64,000 bases of DNA from Camelus ferus (lineage: Eukaryota). Under the pieces are notes generated by a model, which was not told the origin of the DNA, did not search any database, and saw only the letters and a list, made by a program, of their open reading frames with translations. Below are positions 38,686 to 51,922 of this stretch, in pieces (position 1 is the stretch's first letter; each line of letters begins with the position of its first letter). A program made the translations under genes and the position numbers. The stretch spans positions 113,028,001 to 113,092,000 of the forward strand of contig NC_045696.1 in assembly GCF_009834535.1 (NCBI RefSeq). The letters run 5' to 3'.

Positions 38686-39244
38686 CTATCTGATTTCTTG
38701 TGAGACGTGAAGACTAGAGTTGATTGTTAAGGAGTTTACAAATGGTACTTATTGCAGAAATGCTGAGAATAAAAAAAGGCTAATTATAGCACCTTCCCAG
38801 GTTCTGGGACCACTGTCATTGGAAAGATGGCACGTGCAAGACCCAACACACCTATCAGAGCTGGCAGCATGTCTACAAAAGTAAGCACTCTGTTTTGTAT
38901 GGTGCTGTCTCAGCGGCTGATCGACATGAGTCTTGCTGGACAGCCGCTCTTGCTTAAGATAAACAAAGCAAGCTTGGAAGTGTTTTCAAGCCATTTATGC
39001 ACAGGTATAGACACACCTAAAGTAAGTTTCAGCTGGAGAGGAGAGGGGCACCTCATGCCTCTTGTATCTTCACAGTATCTTATGATTTATAAAGTGCCTA
39101 GCATTCCGCCTGGCACATAGTAATCAACCAATAAATCATCGGTTCTCTCCCCGTTCCCTGGCATTTTGTCATCAGGGGGAGATGGCTTGGTTAGGGGACC
39201 GGGGGAGCGTTGAGTGCCAAGAGCACGGCGTCTAAACAACGTTA

Positions 39245-39960
39245 GTGGGGATGAGACCTCTGGTTCCTCTTTCCTACCAGACTGTCACTTCTGTGTCACT
39301 CCTACCAAGACATTTTTTTGAACTGTCATTGGTTACCTTTTGTTCAGCGAGAGCTACCGCAATACCTGTTGATTCAGTTGCGTCTCCCACAGGCACCTGC
39401 AGCGCTCCAGGACAGCGGTTGCCTTTAGCGAGCACCGCTGAACAGATTCCTACTTGTTGAGAGTGGCTAATTGCTGCAGCTATTTTTACAAACACTGCCA
39501 GAAGCCTTTAATTGTCCCTCAGTTGAGCGTATCTTTTGGGTTGTTTTTGTTGTGAAAACTAACCTGTTGGCAGACAGTGGAGCGAGCCGGGAAAAGGGAA
39601 TTGAGGTAGGAAGCAGTTTGGAGAAAGATCCTTGGAAAAACCCTTGCCCCTGCGTTACATCGTGCGTTCCATTAGAGAACAATGGATTAGAAACAAAGCA
39701 CAAATCTGGCTGAGAACCTGAAAGGCAGGTTTCAGCATGAGTGAATTTTTAACCGCCTCCGAGAGGGGGTTAAAATGAAATGCTGACAACCTGCACGACA
39801 CTTCTTTCTTCAAGCATTGCTGTAATAATAAAAGGTGAAATGTCGGCAGTCACATGTTATTCTGTCTGACAACAGTTGATAATTTTTCCTCTGTGGGAGC
39901 GCTTGTCCTTGTACAGTTTCGACTAGGTGTTTTGTCTGACAGCCCAAGAACAGCAATTAC
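39245..39960. promoter_or_regulatory. Candidate promoter/enhancer or conserved non-coding element
   Basis: No repeat recognised; visibly more CpG than the flanks; splice-donor-like motifs on both strands (39562 -, 39606 +). Confidence 0.35.
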
Positions 39961-40099
39961 TTAAGCCGTTTACCTGCATGTGGGCAGCACAGCCAGGACC
40001 TTTCGGCACTGCTAAGTCCTTCAGGGCTTTGCTCTTGGTGACTTCAGCCAAGCACATGAGTCCTGTGATGTAAGCTGCTTACCTGTCTCTGCTTTTTAT

Positions 40100-40800
40100 C
40101 TTTTTTTAACTTTTTTTTTTTGTATTTTTTAAAATTGAAGCATAGTCAGTTACAATGTGTCAGTTTCTGGTGTACAGCATAATGTCCCAGTCATGTGTGT
40201 ATATACATATATTTATTTTCATATTCTTTTCATTAAAGGTTATTATAAGATAGAATATAGTTTCCTGTGCTATACAGAAGAAATTTGTTTTTTTATCTAT
40301 TTTTATATATAGTGGTTATCATTTGCAAATCTCAAACTCCCAAATTTATCCCTTCCCAGTCCTTTTCCCTAGGAATCATAAGATTGTTTACTATGTCTGC
40401 GAGTCGGTTTTTGTTTTGTAGATGAGTTCATTAGTGTCCTCTTTTTTCTTTTCTTTTTTTTAAATTCCACATATGAGTGATACCATATGGTATTTTTCTT
40501 TCTTTTTCTGCCTTACTTAACTTAGAATGATGGTCTCTGGGTCCATCCATGTTGCTGTAAATGGCATTATTTTATTCTTTTTTATGGCTGAGTAGTATTC
40601 CATTGTATAAATATACCACAACTTCTTTATCCAATCATCACACCTAGGTTGGTTCCATATCTTGGCTATTGTAAATAGTGCTGTTGTGAACATTGGGGTG
40701 CATGTGTCTTTTCAAATTAGCATTCCTTGTGGATATATGTCCAGAAGTGGGATTGCTAGATCTTATGGTAAGTTAACTTTTAGATTTTTGAGGAACCACC
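40100..40800 (-). mobile_element. L1 3' fragment
   Basis: Poly-T tail; tggctgagtagtattccattg...tttttgaggaacc. Confidence 0.9.
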
Positions 40801-41566
40801 TTTGCTTTTTAAATCACGCCATTAACTTGTCTTCATTACAAAGCCTTGGAAACCCATGGATGGTCATGTCTTCTGAAAAGGAGAGTCCAACTTCTTTCAG
40901 CATGTCAGGAAAACACCTTCATCCATCCAAAAGTCACTCTGAGTCTTCCTCCAAATATGCTGGAAAAGTAGACACTGCTCATGGTTGTCCCAGTGTGGTG
41001 AAGGGAGTTTTCTGTTTCATTCTATTCACTTATCGAGCATGCTTTGAACAGTGGCCACATTCACCCACCGAGCACATCTGCTGGAGGAGAGTGAGCAAGA
41101 TGACTATTATACAGACCCAGCCAGCGAAAAAACTGACAGGAAAAGTCAGATGAGGTATAAGTTATGGAGGGAAGTAAGCTGACCAGGAAAGCAGCCTGCC
41201 CCGAGGTTAGAGACTAGAATATGAGAATCAGTCATGACCCATACAACTCAAATGTCCTCAGGACCGGGCAGCTACAAGAAATGAATGCAGAGCCATGGTA
41301 GGACATGAGCAGGTGGACCACACAGGCGCCATCTAAATGGCACACATCCCTCAACTCAGGCTCTCAGGGCCACGTGCCATTGCTGGCCCAGTATTGCCAG
41401 GCCCTCAGCTTTCTGAAAAGAATTTTCTAAATGTTGACAAATAGTTCATAATTTTTAACCCCTGAAAAGTCAATACAAAACAATTCTAGGGACCAAACTT
41501 GACCCATTGGCCAGTAATTCTTTTTCTCTGAGCTATGGTATGTGCTGTCATATGGTATCTTTGGTT

Positions 41567-41969
41567 GTCACAGGTTAGGTTCTGGGCAGCAGATTCTCAG
41601 GCAGAGTTTAGCCAGGAGACAGTTTATTGGGGGAAGGGGAGGTCTTCTTGAGATGAACACCTTCAGTAGGAAAGAGAAGGAAAAAGCTTTGGATAGAGAG
41701 AGAAGATGAGCTGCAATGAAGTCTTCATGGAGGTCTCAGCCAACCTGCATGGAGCTCTGAACCCGGGAAGGCCTTGCAGAGCCGCCCCAAGTTGGATGAG
41801 AGAGCCAGGCCTTTATGTGAGTCATTGGATGTGGGTTCCTTTGGGAAGGGGCGTGGCTTTGAGGCATGAGATTCTCTTCAGCTAAAGGAATATCTCTCGA
41901 GGCTAGCAGCTCTCCCAGAAGCTGAGGGAGCAGAGGCGGGTCTGGGTGGTCATCACAGCATCCATCACA
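41567..41969 (-). mobile_element. LTR16-like ERVL solo LTR
   Basis: Reverse complement tgtgatggatgctgtg...aataaa...gaacctaacctgtgaca (TG...CA ends). Confidence 0.7.
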
Positions 41970-43009
41970 GTGGTAGGGTGGCTTTTCTGCATGTGCTGTG
42001 TGGCCTCTGCAAACAAGGAGTAGGTCTCAGTCATCTTTGAACTGGTCTGATCTCATGCCTCAGAAATATTCCCACATTCATTGCTGTTCCTTTCAGTCCT
42101 ATCCTTTCTCTGAGCCTGCTTTCTCCCCCACTTCTTGCTGATCTGGATGTCTTCCACAGAAATTTTTCCACAGAATTCCTAAACCCCCTGAAGAATTCTG
42201 AGCCCCTTGATCCAACCCCAGAGCTGCACTACTGTGGCCTGTGGTCCATACCAGGAGCATTTGTAAGCATAGAGGTTCAACCTAAGTATATGGGGATGGA
42301 GTGGGATAGAAGGACGCGCTCATTTTTGCAACACTTGCTTTTTGATAGTCTACAGTGTGCCTTGTGCTAAGCTATCACTTTGAATGAAGCAAATCCCTGT
42401 ATGCAAGAGACTTGGTTTTTATTCGCCAGTGCAGGTACATAAACAGGCAGACAGAGTGCTGGGGGCCCTCCTAGGGGTGGTCAAAGGTATTAGCTTGGGA
42501 GGCCACTTGGATTAAAGCCAGTAGTTAGGAAAAATCATAGTAATCTCAGTGAACAACAGTTCACCGAGGCAATGCCAATTGGGCCAGAGAGGGTCAGGTT
42601 ATAAAATGTGTCAAGGAGGTAGCTCTGCAGGACTCAGTGAATATTAGCACATGTGAGGAGTGGGGAAGTGAGGACCCTAACGTGTTGTCCAGGTTGCAGG
42701 TTTCATCGGTTGTAGATTGGGAAGACGTGAATGAGTGATGGAATGACTGAGGAGAAAAGGCAAAGCAGGAGTCTACACTATTGATAATGAACATGTGGGT
42801 ATTCAGCAGTACTTAATAACTGTTTATGGAATTTGTTCCTCCTTGAAATAAGGTAGACAGTTATCAATAACTCATGTATGTCATATTGTGACAAATGTAA
42901 TTAGAGGCATGGACAGTGTCCTGTGGAAGGACAAAGAGGAGGAAGGCTTTGATTTCAGTGGATGAGGTAGGAAAATCTTCTTGCAGTCAGTAGCAATGAT
43001 GGTAACAAT

Positions 43010-43280
43010 AATGTCAACAGAAGTAATAGCTTATACAAATGCTTAAGGATGAGAGTTGTGCTAAGTTCTTCCTCATTTCTCATTTTAACTCATTTAGTCC
43101 TCTCCACAGTCTTACAATATAAATACCGTTATCATTATCCTCTTTGTATGGAGAAGGGGAAACTGAGGCTCTTAGAAACATTAAGCAGTTTGTCCAAGAG
43201 TTGATGACAAGAAAGTGGTGGCCCTGGGATTTGAATTGAGGTTGTCTGAAGCCAAAGTCTGGTGTCTTATCCCCAAATCA
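43010..43280 (-). mobile_element. MIR
   Basis: gaaactgaggctcttagaaacattaagcagtttgtccaag...gggatttgaa. Confidence 0.8.
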
Positions 43281-46200
43281 TGTTCTCTCCCCCTTGAAAT
43301 TGACCTGGAAATGAACATAGGAGAGGGAGAAGCATTCAAACTGAAGGAACTGTTTTTCAAATGTGTGATGATACTTTGATTTTGGGGGGAAATGCAGAAG
43401 ATGAGGTCCAGAAATGACAGCATGGTTTGAAGGTTAAGTTTACCAAATTACATTATAGTCTCCTTGTGGATGATTTGAAATACCAAGCTTAGGAGTTAGG
43501 GTTTTATTCTTTGGGAAATGAGGAGCCAAAGAGGGTTGGGAGCAAGGTCGTGATCAGAGCTATATTTTGAAAAGTGACTCTGACTGGGAAGGGGAGACGG
43601 ATAAATGGAGACACTGGAGACAGGTAGATATAGAGGAGGGGGCCCCGGAATGTTGATGAGCCTCTTTGTAAGCAGGATGAGGACAGGGCACATGGCAGGA
43701 AATGAAAAGAAGAGACTTACTGGAGGTGGGAAGGAAGGGGCATGGTTGTTGCATCAACTCCAGTTTTGAGTTTGGGATGTTGGGACCATGGGATGAGGTC
43801 AAGCTGGATGCAGAGAGAACATGAGCACAGTTGCTGGTTGTGAAAATAGAGGTTTGGGCTTCAGAAAAGTCTCTGCCTTCTAGGAGTCTCAGGAACCTGC
43901 ACTTAGAGGTTTCAATGGACTCGGGGGTTTGGATGGCATGGCTTTGAGGTTATTGAAGAAAACACGTCTAGGCTGAGAAGACTGAAAGTAAACGTTTAAA
44001 GAGAGGGTGAAGAAGGCGATTTTTAAAAAGTCATGTTGTACATCACATTATTTAATAAGAAAAGAGCCACTGCTGTGGCCGCTGGCTGTGAAAGAAGTAT
44101 ATGAACTTTCAGTTTTGGGGTAAGATTCATTGTTTAAGATGAGGTGAAATGTTTCAGGAGAAGGGCAAGACTAACCCATGATGATTTATCTCAAAAGCTT
44201 CCGGCAGTTCAGCAGCCCAGTTCCACGTGGGAGCGCAGCCCCTACTTCCCATGGCCACTGATGAACTCCGTGGAGACAAATGTCTCCGTTGTTTGCTGGC
44301 CACTCATTTTTTTTTAAACATTTTTCTGTTAAATCATCTTCGTCTGCTGTTTAATTCTGACTTGTTTAAAGTGCAGATTTTTCCTTTTATTCTAATGACA
44401 GTATAATTGCAGGATTCATTTTTACTACGTACAGTTCAACATCCCAAGGATTTCAAGGCAGATTATGCTGGATGTAAAAGGAGGAAGCAGTTCCCCAATA
44501 TTTAAACAGCGAGGTGCTCCATCTAGCCCCTCCCTGCTCCTCCAGTGCATAGAGATTGTGTGTGTGTGCAAATTGTAGTGTGTTTGATTTTTTCCGGGAA
44601 CTGTGTAATAAGTGGGGTGCTCCTCTAGCTGGAAGTGGAAATGTCAAATTTATGTTGCAGAAATTTTCAACTTAGTTTTATTCTCCCAAGTAGCAGGCTG
44701 GCAGTCAGGTGTCTTTCTCTGATGATTCATAAAAATTCAGCATTTCAAATTATATTCTCTTTCTCCAGCAGTTATTCATGGGACCCCCATCTTTAGGACA
44801 ACTGCAAAAATAAAACGATTTATGAGAGAATTCTTGTTATACCATAAAATTCTTATTAGACCTTCAAAATGACAATCAGGTTGTGTCATTTTTCTTGTTA
44901 AAGATTTCTTTCCCTAGCCTTCCAGAAAACACTTGAACCTTTACTTAAATGTTATTCTGATCGAGGTGTAACGTTCACAGAGTGCACAAATCATACATGT
45001 GTGATGAATGAATGTTTACATATGTATATACCTGGGGAAGCGCCAGCCAGATCAAGTTATAGAACATTTCCAGCACCCAGAACATGCCCTCCCTCAGGTC
45101 TCCTCCCTGTCAATATCACTCCTTGGAGGTGACCTTGACTCTGACTGCTGTGACATTGGTCAGAGATGCATGGGTTTCAAGTGCAATGCTTATATATCAC
45201 TAAGTCCTGCACTGTGTTTACTGGCGTGTGTTAGAGCACCAGGAAGTACTCCTGACTTCTTTCCAGAGGTCATTTGTGTACGAGGAACTCTTTCTATTCA
45301 AGTGACTAACGCTTAGGCTTTTGCAATCAGAAGAGGTGCACTCTAATTATACACAGGATAAGTGATGCCAAGGGTGGAAATTATACCAAGGGTGAATGAG
45401 TTTATGGATTTCCGTCCTCTAAAGGAGGTCATAGGTTTTCATCATTTTCACAGAATCTAGTCTCTGCTAAAATTTCCTATCCTCTCACCATTCCTCCACC
45501 CTCAAGTGCTCTAGTGGGTGTAACCCGAATGAAATTTCTTTATAATTACACTAATCAATATATGTTATGTTAATAATACCTTATAATTCTTCATCTTATC
45601 CTAACCTTTATGTCTAACTGCAGAAGTTCTCAGAGTTGTGAGTTTCCAACACAGAAGAATACAAAATTTGATAAATGACCAGACAGCAATCACCCCTCTC
45701 ACTTGATAATTTGGGAAACCTGAAAACAATACGGAATGGTCTTGTTTTATTCCTGTTCTGCAGGGTTGTTCCCTGATTGTGTTCCATGTCCAGACTTGCC
45801 CCCATTTAGAAATCAAAGTTTGAGGTTTGAGGTTCATTTTGTTAACAGAATCTGGTGAATGAAAGGATGTTTGGTGAAGATGTACAAACGAGGCAGATCT
45901 TGGCGGGACCCGGATTGCTGCTGCCACTGAGATAATTCTCCAGACTGAAAAGGCATCGAGGGGAGACTAGCCGTCGTTAAGGAGAAACAGAGACCGAGAA
46001 AGATCTCTTTGGTTATTAGTTTCAAAACTTCTTCCCTGGTTGTTGGGAGTTTGCCTTTTCAGACTGTTGTAGGAGCTGGTAGTGCCATCCAAGGAAGATG
46101 CTCTAAGGTGAATGAGGTTAAAGGGATTCCTTTATTCATTAATCAAAATCAAGAGAATCTTGTTTCCTACACATTGTTCCTTCCTGTGAAAAGACTATCA

Positions 46201-46729
46201 CAGTGTGACTGAATTTCCTGGGGAATTTTCTAACACCTTTAATGAGAAGAAAAAAAAAAACTGTGTTTTCATGAGTATACAAACACACACAAGAATGCAT
46301 GTGAGAAAAACTATTTACTCTGTTTACTTAAAATAGAACTGAATTGAGTTGGCAAGAAAAGAGGATTGTGTTTATAAGAAGGTTTGTCAGAGTTATAATT
46401 ATAGTCCTAGCGACAAGATATGAAGAAACTATTTAATTACCCAGGTTGACTGAAGGAGAAGTGTTTACGATACACTTGATCACGTCATTTACAAGGAAGT
46501 TACAGTTTTGTTATGATAATTTTTTTATTCAGCATACCTTGTGGAAATGTAAACAAATGCAAATATAAAGTTAAAAGTGAGTCTTTTTTACTTTTCACTC
46601 CCATCCCTTCCCTCAGCCCCGATCCCTAGAAAACAGCCATGGCTAATAGTTCCTAACATATTTTGCATGCAACTGTAGAATAAGTGGGTGGATGGATGGA
46701 CGATTGGATAGACAGATACATAGAGCAAA

Positions 46730-47250
46730 AAACATATTTATTTATTTAATTTCTAAGTCTGTTACCTTGTTGAGGATTCGATAATGAACAAAACTAGATA
46801 CACTATCAACTTTCCTCAAGATTATAATCTAGCAGAGGAAAATAGACATTAGTCACACGGAAGTCAATATATAACTGTAAATTTAAGGCAACCAAAAAAG
46901 AGAATGTGCGTTTCTCTGAGGCAGAGACACTTGTGCTGAAATCCAAAGGAAGAATGGAAAACTGAGTTGGATTAGAGGGGAATGTTCCAGAAAGAGAGAG
47001 AGGAGTATGTGCAAAGACCGTGTGCCAGGAGGACCACAGCTTGTTCAAGATGTGCAGAGTGGCTCAAGTGTACACTGAGCAAGAGAGGGGAGAAGATCTC
47101 ATTAGACCCCAATTAGGAGGCTACTGCAGAGTGTAGGGAGGGAACAAGGGCAACTTGAATGAGCATGTGGTTGAAGAAAAATGGAGGCGTTTCATCGTAT
47201 TTTGGAAAATAAATTCTCCGTGATTTAGTAATGGATTGGATGTAGATGAT
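46730..47250. mobile_element. L2 fragment
   Basis: ccaattaggaggctactgcag...atttagtaatggattggatg. Confidence 0.7.
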
Positions 47251-49334
47251 AAGGGAGAAATGGGTATTGTTTGTTTATTTCTTTATATATGTGGGATTAT
47301 CCTACATTCATGGTTCTGACTTTGCATTTTTTCTTTTAATAATATGTCATGAAGATTCCTCTATCACCCCCACCCCAATTTCAGTATGTCTTTTTAACAA
47401 GCTCACTGTATTTCATGATATAAATGTCTTATAATTCTTTTCACAAGTACTTCATTGATAAAGAAACAGAGATTGCTTGTTTTTTGGTTTTGTGTTTTTT
47501 TAAATTTGGGGGGAAGCATTTCAAACAATAGTCAATTTAAAAATAACATATTGTACATTTGTCTTTGCAGATTTAGGCAAATATGATGTGCTAAATTCCC
47601 ACCAGTGTAACAGCTGGGTTGGAAAAAATGGTACACTAAATATTTGATAGATACTTTACATTGCCTTAAAACAAGTTTACAGCATTTTATACCATCACTA
47701 ATGATTTGTGAGACTACTTGGTTCCCCATCCGTCAATAATTTTAACAAAGTTTTAAATTTTTACCAGCCTGATCAGTCCTAAATCTTTTTGTGATTTGCC
47801 TTCCTTTAAAATAAGTTTGAGTGTATGTGCATGTGTGCATGTGTGTGTGTGTGTGTGTGTGTGTGTTTTATTGGCCATTAGTACTTATTTTTAGTGTGAG
47901 CAGCTTGTTTGTAATATTTATCCACTTGTCTACTCATCTTTTTCTTTATTTGTAAAATATTTTTGTTTATTAAGGATATTGGTTCTTTGTCTAGCAAAAA
48001 GATAAAAATACATAAATATATGTAACCATCACCATAGATGCCGTAGATACCAAAAAGGCATTTAACAAAATTTATCAACCATTTTTTATCTAATTTATTT
48101 AATAGTTCTCCAGAAGTGATGTTCTGATCTTTATTTTGTATTCTGAGCCCCACTGTGTCTCTCTTCTATTCATTCTACTATCCTTGCATCTCATCTTTGT
48201 TTCATTCTTTCATCAAACTCATCACTTTTAATGTCTTCTATAATGCAAAGTATTCATTATAGAATTTTTCTTCTGTTTCTTGAGGTGTTTTTTAAGATTG
48301 CATTTTTCATCAGTCTTTGTTTGATTCCCTTCTTTTTCCCTCCCTTTTTCCCTCTCTCCTTTATTTCTTCTATGTTTTTTTCCTACATAGTTGCTATGCC
48401 ATTTTGTTTCATATTTCTTATATTAATGTGGGACACGCTAGCTAGACCATCTCTTTTTCCAAATATTGTATCCATGAACCATACTTATCATCCCATCTTC
48501 TCTGAGACCTTTTATTTTACCTTAGAACTTAAGTCTGAAGACTGCGTATTACTAGGATTTTACCTTTGCTTGGAGGTAGAGAAAGAGATACAGGTGGGAC
48601 GCATGGATAGTAATAGTTGATGAATTTAGGCTCTGCTCTTTGTTTTGAAGTTTTATTTAGCATTTTATACAGGCAGTTTTTTTTTTTAAGGGACATAGTC
48701 TATTCCTGTCAATGAGAACCCTTGGGTGCAGACTATGCTGTGCTTTGGAAAGAGTTTTTGGAGCTTTCGATTTTGACAGAGACCGCTCCATGCACTTACT
48801 TCCCCAGCTTCAGTTCCTCCTTCCAAAGAGTCATTCTCCTTTTAGGTGAGTCAGTATCATGGTGGTGAGCCAATACTTCTACTCTTGAAGCTTTTTCTGT
48901 AAAAACTGTTGTGCCTACACTGCCTGTTGACCCCTCAGAGTGCTGCCCTCTGAATTCTGGGACATTTGTGAGGTTCCCCCCAAATTGTTCAACTCTCCTA
49001 GAACTGCTTTCCTCTCCTAGAATTGCTTTGGAGTTAGAGAGTAATTACTCTTAGATCTCTACACTGTTGTATCATTCTTTCCCTGATCATCATCTTTAAA
49101 ATATTATTTTGCTACATTGTATTTCTTCCTTTGTTTGAATGTTGTTGTTTAATGTTTGAAATTTTTATTCATTTTATGACATTTGTGAGAAGAGAACTTT
49201 GGCTGTGTGATAATGGCTACATCTTTTAGCTTTTGGGGTCAAAAATTTTTATCTACAAAATGAGAACAAGTAATTGCTACCTTTTCTGCTTTTGAGGGTC
49301 AAATTAGATAATATACTAGAAAGTGCTTTGTGAT

Positions 49335-51922
49335 AAACAACCTAACATTATGCCACAAGGAACTAAAAAGGAAATAAACTAAGCCCAAAGTTAACAAAAA
49401 GAAATAATAAAGATTAGAGCAAAAATAAATGAGATAAAGAGTAAGAAAGCAATAAAAATACATTAACAAAACTAAGAGGTGGTTCTTTGAAAAGATTTTT
49501 AAAAACTGACAAACATTTAGCTACACTAACCAAGAAGAAAAGAGAGGACTCAAATTAATAAAAATTATAAATGAAAAAGGAGATATTACAATACCAGAAA
49601 TACAAAGGATCATGAGACTACTATGAACAATTATAAATCGACAAATTGGACACCTAGAAAAAAATGGATATCTTCCTAGAAATATACAATCTATCAGGAC
49701 TAAATTATGAAGAAATAGAAAATCTCTACAGACTGATTATGAGTAAAATGATTCAATCAGTAATCAAAAACCTCCCAACAAGGAAATGCCCAGGACCAGC
49801 TGGTTTCAGTGAGCTCTACCAACCATTTAAAGAAGAATTCATGCCAGTCCTTTGCAAACTCTTTCAAAAAACTGAAAGGAAGGAACACTCCAAAACTCAT
49901 TTTACAAGGCCAGCATTATCTAGCTACAAAAGTTACTGGATAGCTAACATCATACTCAATGGTGAAATGTTGAGAGCTTTTCCTCTAAGACAGGAAACAA
50001 GATAGGGGTGCCCATTCTCACCACTCCTATTCAACGTAGTACTGGAAGTCATAGCCAGAATAATCAGACAAGAAAAAGAAATAAAAGGCATCCAAATAAG
50101 AAAGGAAGAAGTAAAATAGTCTTTGTTTACAGATAACATGATCTTATATACAGAAAACCTTAAAGACGTCATTAAAAAGTAGAATTAGTAAAAAAACAAA
50201 TTTAGTTAAGTGGTAGGATACAAAACCAACATACAAAATCAGCTACTTTCCCATACAGTAACAGCAAACTATCTGAAAAGGAAATAAAGAAAAGTAATCT
50301 CATTCACAGTAGCATCAAAAATAACAAAACACTTAGGAATAAGTATTAACCAAGGAGATGAATGATCTGTATGTTGAAAACTATAAGACACTGGTGAAGG
50401 AAATCTGAAAAATATAAATGAAAGACAAATAAATGAAAAGATACTCTGTGTTCATGGATCAGAAGAATTAATATTGTTAAAATGTCTATACTATGAAAAG
50501 CCATCTATAGATTCAATACAACCCCTATCAAAATCTCTTTAGGAAGAGAAGAAAATATTTGTAAATTATATATCAGGTATAAGATTAATATCCAAAATAT
50601 ATAAGAAACTCACGCAACTCAAAAGCAAAAAAAAAAAAAAAAAAACTGACTTCAAAATGGGCAAAGGACCTGAATACAATCACACCTCGTTTCATTGTGC
50701 TTTGTTTTATTGTGCTTCGCAGATATTGTGTGTTTTGGAACATTGAATGTTTGTGGCAAATCCATATGGAGCAAGTATATTGGCACCATTTTTCCAACAG
50801 CATTACTTTTTAATTAAGGTATATACATTGTTTTTCAAACATAATGCTATTGCACATTTTTTAGACTACAGTATAGTGTAAACATAACTTTTATGTGTAC
50901 TAGAAAACCAAAATATTTGTGTGACTCACTTTATTGTCATACTTGCTTTATTGTGGCTATCTGGAACTGAGCCCACAATTTCTCAAACGCATGTCTGTAG
51001 ACGTTTTTCCAAAGAAAATACGAATGGCCAACAGGTTCATGAAAAAGTGTTCAACACACTAATTGTCAGGAAAATGCAAGTCAAAACCACAATGAGATAT
51101 CATTTCACATCTGTTAGAATGGCTATTATTAAAAGACAAGAGATAACAAGTGCTGGTGAGGATGTGGAGGAAAGAGAACTCTTATGCACCGTTGGTGGGA
51201 ATGGAAGTCGATGCAGCCATTATGGAAACAGCTTGGAAGTTCCTCAAAAAATTGAAAACAGGACTACCACGTGATCCAGCAATTCCATTTCTGTGTACAT
51301 ACCTAAAGGAAATAAAATCACTATCTTGAAGAGATACCTGCACCCCGCCATGTTCATTGCAGCATATTTACAATAGCCAAACATGGAAACAACCTAAGTA
51401 CTATTGATGGATAAAGAAAATGTCATATATATATTTTTTTCAATCATAAGAAAGGGGAAAATACTGCCATTTGTGACAACATGAATGAAACTTGAGGGAC
51501 TTACGCTAAGTGAAATAAGTCAGACAGAGAAAGACAAATACTGTATGACTCAGTTATATGTGGAATCTAAAAAAACAAACTCACAGAAAGGAAGAATAGA
51601 TCGGTGGTTGCCAAGGACAGGGGTTGGAGGTGATGGGTGAAAATGATCAAAGGTATAATCTTTCAGCTATAAGAGAAATAAGTTCTGGGATCTAATGTGC
51701 AGCTTCGTGACTATATTATTTTGTATAACTGAAAGTTGCTAAGATAGTAGATCTTTAAAGTTCTCAGCATACACTCAAAAAAGTAACTGTGTGGAATGAT
51801 AAATGTGTTAACTGATCTTATTGCAGTAATCATCTCTCAATATACACATATATGTAATCATGTTGTTCACTCAAATGTACACAATGTCATATGTCAATTA
51901 TATCTCAATAAAGCTGGAAAAA
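49335..51922 (+). mobile_element. L1 (ORF2 remnants + 3'UTR) with internal deletions
   Basis: ORF2-like peptides (IKNLPTRKCPGPAGF; KTTMRYHFTSVRMAII); ends tatctcaataaagctggaaaaa. Confidence 0.95.
50677..50997. mobile_element. Internally deleted Tigger1-like element nested in L1
   Basis: acctcgtttcattgtgctttgttttattgtgcttcgcagatattg...gcatgtctg, flanked by TA on both sides. Confidence 0.8.

Larger units (their letters stand above)
4100..38700 (-). pseudogene. Decayed multi-exon cadherin-related gene (about 20 EC repeats + membrane-adjacent domain + TM + cytoplasmic tail); unitary-pseudogene candidate
   Basis: Cadherin-repeat motifs recur in the expected order on the - strand: GIIIGLVLGK*GPDENGAET|LQFIL (26.3-26.2 kb), LNLLAKDK*YP, LFDS*SHQINISEG, QITY..HLIAGDNLF..DLDPLTG*LRTAG, GTINITL..TELNELADTF, LTAKTFISI..LYSIVQIIPEE, ITVHHQNSYPPY*NKSYGSLDKPEDT, TVNGNTEFHQLNPDG, SLPV|YAK*TVHIRVLE. 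Many segments are flanked by AG/GT splice sites. Numerous stops and frameshifts. Confidence 0.85.

Noticed and set aside
44272..44287. Short inverted repeat ggagaca-aa-tgtctcc (and a similar hairpin at about 42545-42568)
   Set aside because: Stems this short are expected by chance in 64 kb and are too small for a pre-miRNA.
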